Shown here: one piece after another, positions 17,939 to 27,624 of the stretch
How positions within the stretch are numbered: the stretch's first letter is position 1
How the letters are laid out: each line of letters begins with the position of its first letter
Assembly: GCA_963676105.1 (NCBI GenBank)
Contig: OY781039.1
Location: forward strand, 570,001 to 602,000
Source: Erysipelotrichaceae bacterium
GTDB taxonomy: Bacteria > Bacillota_I > Bacilli_A > Erysipelotrichales > Erysipelotrichaceae
Direction of reading: 5' to 3'
Length of the DNA: 32,000 nucleotides
The notes under the pieces: generated by a model
What the model was told of the DNA's origin: nothing
Databases searched by the model: none
Seen by the model: the letters and a program-made list of their open reading frames with translations, nothing else
Made by a program: the position numbers and the translations under genes

Positions 17939-19264
17939 TTAAAACTTCATATTTGGGTTATTTTTCATTAAACGTTTAAGATGTCTCATTTGTTCTTTAG
18001 ACTTTTCATACTGTCTAATTAAACGATTTACATCCGTAACAGTAACCCCTGCCCCTTGTGCAATTCTGTTTTTGCGAGAAGCACGTAAGAGATTTGCATT
18101 ATCACGTTCTTCTAAAGTCATACTTAGAATAATTGCTTTATTCATCTTAATCATTTTTTGTGAATCTTCATCGTTCACTTGTTGAGCCATTTGTCCCATA
18201 CCTGGCAGCATGCCCATTAAATTTTTTAGAGATCCCATTTTTGTGAGTTGATTAAATTGAGTTAACATATCGTCAAAAGTAAACTGACCTTCCATCATTC
18301 TTTGCATGGAACGCTCAGCTGCATCTTGATCCATTTTATCTTGAGCTTGTTCAACTAAAGACATCAAATCGCCCATGCCAATGAGTCGATTTGCCATACG
18401 ATCAGGATAGAAGATATCAAAGTCTTCAACCTTCTCACCAGTACCCACTAGTTTTACAGGCACTTGTGTTAAAGCTTTAACCGATAGCACTGCTCCACCC
18501 TTTGCATCTGAATCAAATTTAGTAACGACTAAACCTGTAATATCTAAGCGTTCTTTAAAGGCTGTAGCGGTATGTATAACATCTTGACCAGACATTGAAT
18601 CAACCGATAATAAGATTTCATCAGGACTTAATATATTGGCAAGTTCTACCACTTCATTCATTAGAGCTTCATCGACGTGTAAGCGTCCAGCTGTATCAAC
18701 AATTAATGCATTACAATCAGATTTCTTAAACGCTTTAATTGCTTCTTTAACAATCTTTAGAGCTGATGTTTCTTCTTCATCTGTAAAATAATCCACACCA
18801 ATCGAATTGGCTAAGATTCGTAATTGTTCTTTAGCGGCAGGCCGTTGTGTATCTGCTCCAACTAAAAATGCTTTCTTACCATTTTTCTTGAGTAGTAATG
18901 CTAATTTGGCAGCTGAAGTAGTTTTACCACTCCCTTGTAAACCCACAAACATAAAGGATTTCTTTTGTGAGTTTGGCCATTCGAATTCAGGACTTTGTGG
19001 ACCTAAAAGTTCAACTAATGCATCATAGATGATTTTCATCAGTGCTTCATTCGCATTCAATGAACTAAAGATTTTTTGTCCTAAGGATTTCTCCTTGATT
19101 TCTTTCGCAAAATCATCCACAACCACACGGGATACATCTGCATCTAAAAGACTTGATTTAACTTCTAATAAAAGTTCATCAAGTTGTTTTTCATTAATAC
19201 GATCACGTTTCGTAATCTTACGAAATGCTTCATTTAGTTTATTGGATAGACTATCAAATGCCAT
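17939..19264 (-). CDS. ffh: Signal recognition particle protein Ffh
   Basis: [14 protein letters not shown] and TKFD GTPase motifs, plus a Met-rich M domain ([11 protein letters not shown]). AAGGAG SD. Confidence 0.95.
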   Translation of the reverse strand: MAFDSLSNKLNEAFRKITKRDRINEKQLDELLLEVKSSLLDADVSRVVVDDFAKEIKEKSLGQKIFSSLNANEALMKIIYDALVELLGPQSPEFEWPNSQKKSFMFVGLQGSGKTTSAAKLALLLKKNGKKAFLVGADTQRPAAKEQLRILANSIGVDYFTDEEETSALKIVKEAIKAFKKSDCNALIVDTAGRLHVDEALMNEVVELANILSPDEILLSVDSMSGQDVIHTATAFKERLDITGLVVTKFDSDAKGGAVLSVKALTQVPVKLVGTGEKVEDFDIFYPDRMANRLIGMGDLMSLVEQAQDKMDQDAAERSMQRMMEGQFTFDDMLTQFNQLTKMGSLKNLMGMLPGMGQMAQQVNDEDSQKMIKMNKAIILSMTLEERDNANLLRASRKNRIAQGAGVTVTDVNRLIRQYEKSKEQMRHLKRLMKNNPNMKF

Positions 19265-19275
19265 ACATTATCTCC

Positions 19276-20466
19276 TTATAAGTAATCTTCTTGTCGACTT
19301 GCACTGATGTACTCAGTGACTTTTGTATCATAAGCTTCTTGCATTAGTTCATCTAAACCTACACATTTATTTTCCTCTACTAAGGTAAAATCAAGTCTTG
19401 GTTTAGTTTTTGGATTAGATACCGCAAAGAGTGAACAACAATCTTCAAATGGAAGAATGGATGTTTCATAGGTATTAATCTGTTTAGCTAAATTTACAAT
19501 CTCAAGTTTATCATAGGTTAATAAAGGTCTAAACATCGGTAACTTAGAAACTTCTTGTATAGTTTGAATACTTTCAAGTGTTTGAGAAGCGACTTGACCA
19601 ATACTATCTCCTGTCACAATCGCTAAACATTTTCGCTCTTCTGCAATCCAATTCGCTATACGCACAAATGATCGACGCATGAGTGTAATCCCATAGCTAT
19701 TATCAGTAGGACGATAGAGTTCTTGTTGAGTTTTAGTAAAATCAACAACATGCATTGGGATAACTGGTTGAAATTTTGTTAAGTGACGAACAAGTGTCTC
19801 AACTTTATCCATCGATTGAGGGGACGTATATGGTGGTGTCGCAAAGTGAACACATTCGACTTTCACACCACGCTTCATCATAAGATAAGCTGCCACAGGC
19901 GAATCAATCCCACCTGACATTAATAATAGTGCTTTACCACTCACCCCAACCGGTAAGCCTTGTAAACCTTGATAGGTTCTTAAACCAATTAAGGTTTCAT
20001 CTGCATCAACTTCGATACGAATACGAATATCAGGATGATGCACATCAACCTTATGATCAGTTGTGCTTAATACTTTAGATGCGACAATTCGATTGAGTTG
20101 ATCCGAATTAAAAGGTAATGTTTTAACCTTGCGTCGCGCAACAACTTTAAAAGTAGATAAACGCTCTAATGACATATGAAAAGCTGTCAATTCTGCAATC
20201 TTATCTGGATCGGTTTCACATTTTACAATCGGTGTAAAATTGGCTATCCCAAAGATATTTTTAAGGATTTCAATGACTTCTTCCATTGGTTCATCATGTA
20301 GTTCAACCAATATCCGATCGTATTTATCCAAGACTTTAACATTTGGATATGCTTTAAGTTGTTCCTTAATATTAAAAATAAGCTTTTGAACAAAAAACTT
20401 TCTATTTTTCTTTTTTGTTGATAATTCACCATAGCGAATTAGAATGTGATCTATTTTAGCGAGCAT
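19276..20466 (-). CDS. thiI: tRNA 4-thiouridine synthase ThiI (no rhodanese domain)
   Basis: THUMP region plus the PP-loop LLMSGGIDSPVAAYLMMKRG. 396 aa. Confidence 0.85.
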   Translation of the reverse strand: MLAKIDHILIRYGELSTKKKNRKFFVQKLIFNIKEQLKAYPNVKVLDKYDRILVELHDEPMEEVIEILKNIFGIANFTPIVKCETDPDKIAELTAFHMSLERLSTFKVVARRKVKTLPFNSDQLNRIVASKVLSTTDHKVDVHHPDIRIRIEVDADETLIGLRTYQGLQGLPVGVSGKALLLMSGGIDSPVAAYLMMKRGVKVECVHFATPPYTSPQSMDKVETLVRHLTKFQPVIPMHVVDFTKTQQELYRPTDNSYGITLMRRSFVRIANWIAEERKCLAIVTGDSIGQVASQTLESIQTIQEVSKLPMFRPLLTYDKLEIVNLAKQINTYETSILPFEDCCSLFAVSNPKTKPRLDFTLVEENKCVGLDELMQEAYDTKVTEYISASRQEDYL

Positions 20467-21616
20467 ATGATTTGATTCCTTTTTCTAACACTTCAATTAA
20501 GCGATCCATATCTTCAAGTGTTTCCTTAGATGACAAAGAAATACGTAGTACACCTTTAAGCACTTCCGCAGACTTATTCATCGCAGATAAAACGTGAGAC
20601 GGTTTAAAACTACGATCAGAACACGTTGCGGCAGCTGAAGCAAAGATATGATTCTCACCTAAGATATTTAACATGACTTGTGAACCTAAATCAAGCACTG
20701 AAAAATTTAAAATATAAGGGGAACACAATTCATTTGGACTATTTATCACAATTGAATCAATTTCTGATAATCTTGCGCGTAAGTATTGATTAAGATGTTC
20801 GACATGTTTATAAGACTTTTTATATTCTTCTTTAGCTAAACGATATGTCTTAGAAAAAAGGATATGGGCTAAAGCATTCGGGGTTCCAGGAACCATGCCA
20901 TTATCTAAGTGACCTCCACTTAATATGGGATGTATAAGTAAGTTTTGTCTTAAATAGATTAAACCACTGCCCTTTAAACCATGAATTTTATGCGCTGTAA
21001 AACTAGCCGCATCAACTTTACTTAAATCAAACTCATGTTTAACTAAAGCTTGTACGGCATCTGTATGAAAATAAGCTTTTGAGTTTTGATGAACAATATC
21101 TGCATATCTTTCGACAGGTAAAATTAAACCTGTTTCGTTATTAACAGCCATAATAGAAACTAAGATGGTATCGTCTCTTAATGTTTTTTTTAAAGTTTCT
21201 TCTTCGACTAAACCAAATTCATTAACGTCTAAAATACTACATTCAAAACCATCATATTTTTCTAAATCTTTAAAGCACTCTAAAACTGATGCATGTTCAA
21301 TGCTAGAAGTGATGATATGTTTACCTCTATTTTTAAATTGATGTGCTAAACCTTTGATTAAAATATTATTGGCTAAAGTAGCCCCAGATACAAAAGTTAG
21401 AGTCCTTTTGTCAACTTGCATTTGTTTCGCAAGCGAACTTTTTGAGTCCTCTAACATCTTTGATATTTTTAAGCCTGATTGATGAAGGGCATCTGCATTA
21501 GCATAATGTTCATTTAATAAATGAGTATATGTTTGTATAACTTCTTCATAAACCGGAGTAGAACTAGCATAATCTAAATACAAATCATTAAGCTTGCGCA
21601 CTTTTTGCATTCTCAC
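20456..21616 (-). CDS. Class V aminotransferase / cysteine desulfurase (NifZ/IscS-like partner of ThiI)
   Basis: LDYASSTP N-terminus, PLP-lysine region FTAHKIHGLKGSG, and an ATCSD Cys loop. Located directly upstream of thiI. The exact start is uncertain (it overlaps the ezrA 3' end). Confidence 0.75.
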   Translation of the reverse strand: MRMQKVRKLNDLYLDYASSTPVYEEVIQTYTHLLNEHYANADALHQSGLKISKMLEDSKSSLAKQMQVDKRTLTFVSGATLANNILIKGLAHQFKNRGKHIITSSIEHASVLECFKDLEKYDGFECSILDVNEFGLVEEETLKKTLRDDTILVSIMAVNNETGLILPVERYADIVHQNSKAYFHTDAVQALVKHEFDLSKVDAASFTAHKIHGLKGSGLIYLRQNLLIHPILSGGHLDNGMVPGTPNALAHILFSKTYRLAKEEYKKSYKHVEHLNQYLRARLSEIDSIVINSPNELCSPYILNFSVLDLGSQVMLNILGENHIFASAAATCSDRSFKPSHVLSAMNKSAEVLKGVLRISLSSKETLEDMDRLIEVLEKGIKSYAR

Positions 21617-23327
21617 TTATTAGATTTTCATAATGATCAGGGTCAATGCTTTCAACCGCTTCAATGGCTACTTTGATGGCTTGTGTATAATCCCCATTTT
21701 TATAGAGTAATTCAGCACGGGTTAAGGATGCATCAAGTTCTGCATCATAAGGACGGTATTTATTGCCATAAACAATTGTGTTTTCAACCATCTCAACCGT
21801 ACCTACTAAATTATTAACGTTATTGTATAAACGATAGATAAAATCGATACCATCATTAACGGTCGCATTTAATAATCGAATATCAATTGGGTTTTCAGTA
21901 AGGAGTTTCGCAATTGAATTAACATATTGATACGATTTTAATAAATCTTCTTCATATGTTACAGAAATAACTGGTAAGCGATATTTACGGATTTTAACCT
22001 GAATTTCATTCATGATTAAATGTAATTTTAACAGTTGTTTTTGAGCACGATCTTCATCATTACGTGCTGTTTTTAATCGATTTGATGCATGATCTAAATC
22101 ACTTTTAACATTATTTAGCATTTGCATTGCCTCCCGAATTGACAACATCAATGTTGATGATGGTACAGAATGCTTAGAACTCGCATTATTGTATTTCGTC
22201 ACTTCTTTCACTAACTTTTTGAGTTCTGTATCTTTTGTCTTTAATAAATTATTAAGCTCTTCCCAGCCAAAACGATCCGCATCTTTTTTAAGCATATCTT
22301 TAAGTGAAGCTAAAAGTTTTAAAGATGAATCCAAGTCTGATTCTAAAGCATGAAGTTGAACTTCAAGTTCTTGATGTGATTGTTCTTCTTTTAAGAGTTG
22401 AGTATGTAGTTGAGATAATCGCTGTTGATTCTCTTTCAGATGTTCATTCACGTCTTCAATATTTAATCGTGCTAGATTATTCTCATCTTCTCGAGTTGTT
22501 TCTTCAATAAATTGAATGTTCTTTTCAACTTCTAAATGGCTTACATAAACACCATTATTTTTAAGTCTCTCAAAAACACTTGTTATTTCTGTGACTTGCT
22601 TAGGTATAATTCCTTTCGCAATACTGATCATTTCAGGTAGTGAACTTACAATTTCACTAACTGATTTTAAAGATTCTGAAATTTCTTCCATTTTTTCTTT
22701 AGCTTTACCAAATTCAGAAGCATACATCCACTCTTCGAAAGTACTAAAGGCTTTTTCAATATCTTCTAATCTGATTTCAATATTAGGAAGCGCTAATGCG
22801 ATATTAACTGAACGTGCTTGAACTTCAGACTTGAGTCGTCTAAAGAAATCTTTTAATTCTGTAATATTAGTACGTTGTTGATTTTCTTCTTCTAAGATTT
22901 TATCTAATGATTCATTGAGTGAATTCACTTGTTTTTCAGCCGCACGAAGCATCCCTGATAAATCAGCTAAATTAAGTCTGACTTGTTTACGTTTACCGAT
23001 GATAATCGCATCTTCAGTTTCCGCTAAAACATGAGCTATTGATTTAAGGTTTTCTTGGATTTGTTCAAAACTATTTTTATAGTCATTGACCATTTCTAAA
23101 ATAGAATCATTAACACGCGCTAAAGCCACTGCCTTATTTAACTTAAAAGGAAGTGGAATACTTTTAATTGATGTATACTGAGTTTCTAGTTCAGCTAAGC
23201 TTTTTTTAAGCTTATTTAGGGAGACTCTTTTACCAATAACGATACTTAATGCGAGTATGATTAAGAGTGCGAGTGTTATTTGTACTTCTAGTGTATTAAA
23301 TAGGTCTAAAAAGGCTTGTAAATCCAT
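21588..23327 (-). CDS. ezrA: Septation ring formation regulator EzrA
   Basis: N-terminal TM followed by about 540 aa of coiled-coil/spectrin-like repeats. About 570 aa. Conserved position next to nifZ-thiI and rpsD. Confidence 0.75.
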   Translation of the reverse strand: MDLQAFLDLFNTLEVQITLALLIILALSIVIGKRVSLNKLKKSLAELETQYTSIKSIPLPFKLNKAVALARVNDSILEMVNDYKNSFEQIQENLKSIAHVLAETEDAIIIGKRKQVRLNLADLSGMLRAAEKQVNSLNESLDKILEEENQQRTNITELKDFFRRLKSEVQARSVNIALALPNIEIRLEDIEKAFSTFEEWMYASEFGKAKEKMEEISESLKSVSEIVSSLPEMISIAKGIIPKQVTEITSVFERLKNNGVYVSHLEVEKNIQFIEETTREDENNLARLNIEDVNEHLKENQQRLSQLHTQLLKEEQSHQELEVQLHALESDLDSSLKLLASLKDMLKKDADRFGWEELNNLLKTKDTELKKLVKEVTKYNNASSKHSVPSSTLMLSIREAMQMLNNVKSDLDHASNRLKTARNDEDRAQKQLLKLHLIMNEIQVKIRKYRLPVISVTYEEDLLKSYQYVNSIAKLLTENPIDIRLLNATVNDGIDFIYRLYNNVNNLVGTVEMVENTIVYGNKYRPYDAELDASLTRAELLYKNGDYTQAIKVAIEAVESIDPDHYENLISENAKSAQA

Positions 23328-23386
23328 GGTTTCACCTCGTATTTATTTTAGCATAAGAACCACGAATTCTAGACAAGCATATGCAA

Positions 23387-23415
23387 TTGACAAAAAAGAC
23401 AAAGCGACTTATACT
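23387..23415 (+). promoter_or_regulatory. Sigma-A-type promoter for rpsD
   Basis: TTGACA (23387-23392), a 17-nt spacer, then TATACT (23410-23415). Confidence 0.6.
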
Positions 23416-23421
23416 TTACAA

Positions 23422-23582
23422 GCGTCAAATAGCAGCAGATGAAGTGTTGTTGAAGTGCGTTGATCCCCTTAAAGGTCTCTTAGTAAGCTAGTGCTTCTTA
23501 GCCGAAACGATCTAAGGTCAACACCTCACATCTATGATTCATCCCTGATTTGATTAGCCAAAACCATCAGGAGGTATTCATT
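23422..23582 (+). promoter_or_regulatory. Structured rpsD leader, candidate S4 autoregulatory element
   Basis: A leader of about 160 nt. It shows long-range GTGTTG/CAACAC pairing, a CTTAG/CTAAG hairpin, and a CCTGAT (23544-23549)/ATCAGG (23566-23571) hairpin that sequesters the AGGAGG SD (23569-23574). S4 translational autoregulation is established in B. subtilis. Confidence 0.5.
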
Positions 23583-24203
23583 ATGGCACGCATTAATGGT
23601 CCGGTTTATAAAAAATCGAGACGTCTAGGGTTCTCTACCCTTGAAACAGGAGTTGAATTTGCAGCTCGTCCTGGATTTAAAGCACGTACAAGTGCACCTG
23701 GTAAAGCACCAGATGCTCGTACTGGTAAATTATCCAACTACGGTCTACAACTTCGTGAAAAACAACGTATTCGTTTCACTTATGGTGTTAACGAACGTCA
23801 ATTCTACAATTTATTCTTAAAAGCTAACCACATGAAAGGTAACAAAGGTCATAACTTCTTATTCTTATTAGAATCAAGACTTGATAACGTTGTATACCGC
23901 ATGAACTTCGGGCGTACACGTCGTGCTGCTCGTCAGTTAGTAAACCACGGTCACATCTTAGTTGATGGTAAAAAAGTTGATATCCCTTCATACAGCGTAA
24001 AACCTGGTCAAGTGATTTCAATCAAAGAAAAATCAAAAGATCTATCAGCCGTTAAAGAATCACTTGAAGCAAGTGTTTCAACTGTAAACTACGTAACTGT
24101 TGATAAAGAAGCAAAAAAAGGAACATTCACACGTTTACCAGAACGTACTGAATTAAACTCCGAAATCAACGAAGCACTCGTTGTTGAATTCTATAACAGA
24201 TAG
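23583..24203 (+). CDS. rpsD: 30S ribosomal protein S4
   Basis: [16 protein letters not shown]..., with an S4 RNA-binding domain ([39 protein letters not shown]). Confidence 0.9.
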   Translation: MARINGPVYKKSRRLGFSTLETGVEFAARPGFKARTSAPGKAPDARTGKLSNYGLQLREKQRIRFTYGVNERQFYNLFLKANHMKGNKGHNFLFLLESRLDNVVYRMNFGRTRRAARQLVNHGHILVDGKKVDIPSYSVKPGQVISIKEKSKDLSAVKESLEASVSTVNYVTVDKEAKKGTFTRLPERTELNSEINEALVVEFYNR

Positions 24204-24210
24204 AACTGAT

Positions 24211-24233
24211 AAAACCACGAAAGTGGTTTTTTT
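24211..24233 (+). terminator. Intrinsic terminator after rpsD
   Basis: AAAACCAC-GAAA-GTGGTTTT followed by TTTT. Confidence 0.7.
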
Positions 24234-24244
24234 GTTGGCCTATT

Positions 24245-24275
24245 AAAAAAGCGTTTAAATTTCTTTAAGCGCTTT
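24245..24275 (-). terminator. Probable terminator after the pseudouridine synthase gene
   Basis: On the minus strand: AAGCGCTTAAA-GAAA-TTTAAACGCTT (one mismatch) followed by TTTTTT. It includes the stop codon. Confidence 0.45.
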
Positions 24276-24950
24276 TATTTCGTCTTCTGTCAAATGGCGA
24301 TATTCACCGGGCTCTAAACCCTCTACATTAAGAAAGGCAAACTGTTTTCTATTTAGCTCAACAACTTCATTATCGCAAGCTAACATCATCCGTTTAACTT
24401 GGTGATATTTCCCTTCACTTAGAATAAGTTCAATATACAGATCGTCTATCACCTTTATTTTTGCAGGTAAACAAACATCTTTTTCATTAAGTCGTAAACC
24501 CTTTTCAATTTCACTTATATATTTTGGATCAAAGGGCTTAATTAAAGTGACTTCATAGACTTTATCAACATGATGTTTAGGCGATAATAAACGATGTGCA
24601 AATTGGCCATCATTAGTGATTAACAAGACACCGGTAGTATCGACATCTAAACGACCAACCGGTTGAGTATTAGGTAATACATTTTCATCAATTAAGTCTA
24701 GTACTGAGGCATATAAACCTCTATCTTGAGAACAAATCGTTTCTTGCGGTTTGTTGAGTAAAAAATATTGGAAAGCTTCATAATTTAAACTTTCATCTAA
24801 AAATACAATTTCATCTTCAAGTTCATTCACGTGAAAATCATCATCTAAAATAATTTCACCATTCACTGAAATATATCCTTTACGAATATACTGTTTTACT
24901 TGTTTGCGTGAACCGTAGCCTAAATGGGCAACTAATTTATCTAAGCGCAT
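24255..24950 (-). CDS. RsuA/RluB-family rRNA pseudouridine synthase with an N-terminal S4 domain
   Basis: MRLDKLVAHLGYGSRKQVKQYIRKGYISVNG (S4 domain) and the catalytic GRLDVDTTGVLLITNDG. Confidence 0.8.
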   Translation of the reverse strand: MRLDKLVAHLGYGSRKQVKQYIRKGYISVNGEIILDDDFHVNELEDEIVFLDESLNYEAFQYFLLNKPQETICSQDRGLYASVLDLIDENVLPNTQPVGRLDVDTTGVLLITNDGQFAHRLLSPKHHVDKVYEVTLIKPFDPKYISEIEKGLRLNEKDVCLPAKIKVIDDLYIELILSEGKYHQVKRMMLACDNEVVELNRKQFAFLNVEGLEPGEYRHLTEDEIKALKEI

Positions 24951-26572
24951 CAGAAAAACCGTTTCTTTAATCGTTTAAAATCGATATGAAATAAATCTTG
25001 AGGTAATTTAAAGAAAGCTGTTATACCAATATAAATTGCTAAACCTAGAAGACCATATATTGTAAGTTCAAACGTAGCGATTAAACGATTTTGATCAATA
25101 ACTGTTAAACCAATAAAATCTAAAAAATAAAAACTTAATTGCATCCCTAATAAACCTAAACTCATCATTAAAACAGGTTTTAAAATCGCACTAAAGTGGA
25201 CATTAAATGAGTGCCTTAGTAGATATAAATTAAAACTAAACATAAACAAATGAGTAAAAACTTTTGATAGTATAGAACCTGAATATCCAATCCAAGCCAA
25301 AAGTGGAATAAATGTAACAGTTGCGATAAAGACAGCTAATCCTATTATACTTAAGTTTTTCTTACGTAATCTTAAAGCCATCATAAGTGCATTGGATACA
25401 GATGCTAAGTTAAAAGTGACACCTGTTAAACTATTGAGTTGTAAAACGGTACTTCCAAGTTCTAAATTCGCATCCCCATACATAACATAATAGATAGGTG
25501 CAGCAATCCCAAATAAAAAGTAAGAAAGTGGTAGAGATAAGTAAAATACAACCAACAAACTTTCAATAATATGTTTGCGCATCGCTTCAAAATCCCCTTT
25601 TTCAAAAGATGTTGTCACATAAGGAATAATGGCTGTAATAAAGCCTGGCGCTACCACTTGTGGAATGGATGTTAATTTGAAAGTGGTGAACATAATCATT
25701 GAATAATACAAATCAGCTTCTTGAATACTATTTCCATGCATGAGTAATGATTGATTAAAAAAGAGTAAGTTCACAAAATTTGCGACTGAATTTAAAAGTA
25801 CATTTAATAAAAATGGAATCGCAAAACCATAAAGTTCGATTAATAGTGATTTTGTACTTGGTAAAACTTCATCACTTTGTTCAGCTTTATCTTTAATTTC
25901 ATTTAAAACTTTACGATCTTTAAAAATAAATAAACCAATTGAAACTAAAGACGCAACTGATGTAGAAAGAATAGCCGCATAGACTGCCCATATTGGATCA
26001 TAACCTAAAATAACAACCAACAGGAAACCTAAGCCTAAAAGGAATAAAACACGCGCGATTTGTTCAATGACTTGCGATGATGCATAGGTTGTCATTTCTT
26101 TTAAGCCTTGATAAAAACCACGATATGAACTTAATAACGGAACAGTAAATACAGCCAATGCAATAATCATCATGACATTACGTGTACGTTGTACTTCCAG
26201 TGAATCAATGGCTCCACCCACAGATAATTGCGCAATCGGTAAGGCAAAAAGCATTAATAATGCCATCATGACTAAGCCCATTAAAGCTAATATGGCTTTA
26301 GATAGTTTTCGTACCAATAATACTGTTTTATATTTTTCTTTTAAATGATATTTCGCAACTAAAGTCGCAATCGCATAAGGCATCCCCGCAATTGAGACAT
26401 TTAAAACAATTTCATAGATATTATAAGCACGTGCATAATACGATAAATTAGCCTCTGTCGCCATTGCCGTAAAAGGAACGACATAAACAATCCCTAATAC
26501 TTTTGTTAAAAATATCCCAGCACTGCTCGTTAACCCACCTAAAATCAGTGAGTTTTTCATTCTTTCACTCAT
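24950..26572 (-). CDS. MOP-superfamily flippase (MurJ/YtgP/SpoVB-like polysaccharide or lipid II exporter)
   Basis: 540 aa with about 14 TM segments. Its position next to the rsuA-like gene matches B. subtilis ytgP as I recall it. Confidence 0.65.
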   Translation of the reverse strand: MSERMKNSLILGGLTSSAGIFLTKVLGIVYVVPFTAMATEANLSYYARAYNIYEIVLNVSIAGMPYAIATLVAKYHLKEKYKTVLLVRKLSKAILALMGLVMMALLMLFALPIAQLSVGGAIDSLEVQRTRNVMMIIALAVFTVPLLSSYRGFYQGLKEMTTYASSQVIEQIARVLFLLGLGFLLVVILGYDPIWAVYAAILSTSVASLVSIGLFIFKDRKVLNEIKDKAEQSDEVLPSTKSLLIELYGFAIPFLLNVLLNSVANFVNLLFFNQSLLMHGNSIQEADLYYSMIMFTTFKLTSIPQVVAPGFITAIIPYVTTSFEKGDFEAMRKHIIESLLVVFYLSLPLSYFLFGIAAPIYYVMYGDANLELGSTVLQLNSLTGVTFNLASVSNALMMALRLRKKNLSIIGLAVFIATVTFIPLLAWIGYSGSILSKVFTHLFMFSFNLYLLRHSFNVHFSAILKPVLMMSLGLLGMQLSFYFLDFIGLTVIDQNRLIATFELTIYGLLGLAIYIGITAFFKLPQDLFHIDFKRLKKRFF

Positions 26573-26574
26573 AT

Positions 26575-27069
26575 TTAAACGCTAACTTCGATCGCAAAGT
26601 TTTCTTTATATGAACGTATTTTAAAATAATCTTTCCAAGTCACTTGAACTTTAATGGTCGCATTTGTATCATTGGTCACACCATTTAAATTAAAGCCTTG
26701 AACATAACCTAATTCAGCATTAACTTGATAAGGAATCATCGCATATTCCTCTGATCCATAGATACCAACACTTGGCATCATTTGATTAGAAATCATCAGT
26801 AATCCTTCATCGACGATTGCTAAAATTTCAATGTCATACATCGCAATCTTTGCATTGTCGACAAAGACATCATATCGATACTCTCCCCCATCTAATCGAG
26901 TTAGAGTCGCTGAAATATCAAAATAATTTGAACTTGTCGAAAAACTCGTTGTATTCAAAATGTTTTGATACATTGTTTTATATATTTCATATTGAGTTTC
27001 TTCTTCACTTACATTTGAACATGCGCTAAGAAGGAGTAAAATGCTAAGTAATAAAGTGATTTTTTTCAT
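26575..27069 (-). CDS. Lipoprotein of unknown function
   Basis: Signal peptide with a lipobox (MKKITLLLSILLLLSAC). GAGG SD. Its stop lies 2 nt before the flippase start. Confidence 0.7.
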   Translation of the reverse strand: MKKITLLLSILLLLSACSNVSEEETQYEIYKTMYQNILNTTSFSTSSNYFDISATLTRLDGGEYRYDVFVDNAKIAMYDIEILAIVDEGLLMISNQMMPSVGIYGSEEYAMIPYQVNAELGYVQGFNLNGVTNDTNATIKVQVTWKDYFKIRSYKENFAIEVSV

Positions 27070-27087
27070 CTAAAAACCTCGTAGACA

Positions 27088-27096
27088 ATTATAACA
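27088..27096 (-). promoter_or_regulatory. Extended -10 promoter candidate for the lipoprotein-flippase-pseudouridine synthase operon
   Basis: On the minus strand: TGTTATAAT directly after the upstream terminator. No good -35 element. Confidence 0.4.
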
Positions 27097-27131
27097 CGAA
27101 AAAAAAGACGCTTATTATTTCTTAGCGTCTT
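27097..27131 (-). terminator. Intrinsic terminator ending the tyrS operon
   Basis: On the minus strand: AAGACGCT-(11-nt loop)-AGCGTCTT followed by TTTTTTTT. The stop codon of the 169-aa gene lies in the loop. Confidence 0.65.
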
Positions 27132-27624
27132 TTATTGATTTAATATGAGCTTTCAAAGCTTCAGCATAAGCATTAGGTAAAACCATTTCTGTTTTGTTTA
27201 AAAGTAATAATTTAGTATTACGTTTACCCTTTGCTTCATATTTTTTAATACTACGATATTTTTGAGTTTCTACACCATATAGAAAAGCACGAGAACTTGC
27301 ATATAACTTAGCATTCATCAATGCATTTAATAATTCAGTAAGAATTAAAACTGTAAATACAATTGCCATTGTAACGCGCTCAAGTAAACTAGTACCTGCA
27401 ATAAAGGCAACCACAAAGATAATCGCAGCCATTGCTAGATAGATATACATCGCTTGTTTATCTTCTAGAATAACTTGAACATCTTTTTCCTTATCAATAA
27501 ATTCCGCCACCATCTTTTGATGGTTGCGATAATCTTGTACACGTACGAATGTAATAAAAGCTGTTAGGATCAATGTAATCCCTAATAATAACCAATTAAA
27601 ATCTAAATTATTGAATATTTCCAT
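27115..27624 (-). CDS. Small membrane protein (3 predicted TM plus a basic C-terminal domain), unknown function
   Basis: Hydrophobic segments LLLGITLILTAFITFV, IYLAMAAIIFVVAFIAG and MAIVFTVLILTELL. The ATG overlaps the tyrS TAA (TAATG). Confidence 0.6.
   Translation of the reverse strand: MEIFNNLDFNWLLLGITLILTAFITFVRVQDYRNHQKMVAEFIDKEKDVQVILEDKQAMYIYLAMAAIIFVVAFIAGTSLLERVTMAIVFTVLILTELLNALMNAKLYASSRAFLYGVETQKYRSIKKYEAKGKRNTKLLLLNKTEMVLPNAYAEALKAHIKSIKDAKK

Noticed and set aside
23328-23386. ezrA promoter (TGCTAAAAT extended -10 at 23345-23353, minus strand)
   Set aside because: It is plausible, but there is no acceptable -35 element and several alternatives exist. It is not strong enough to list as a feature.
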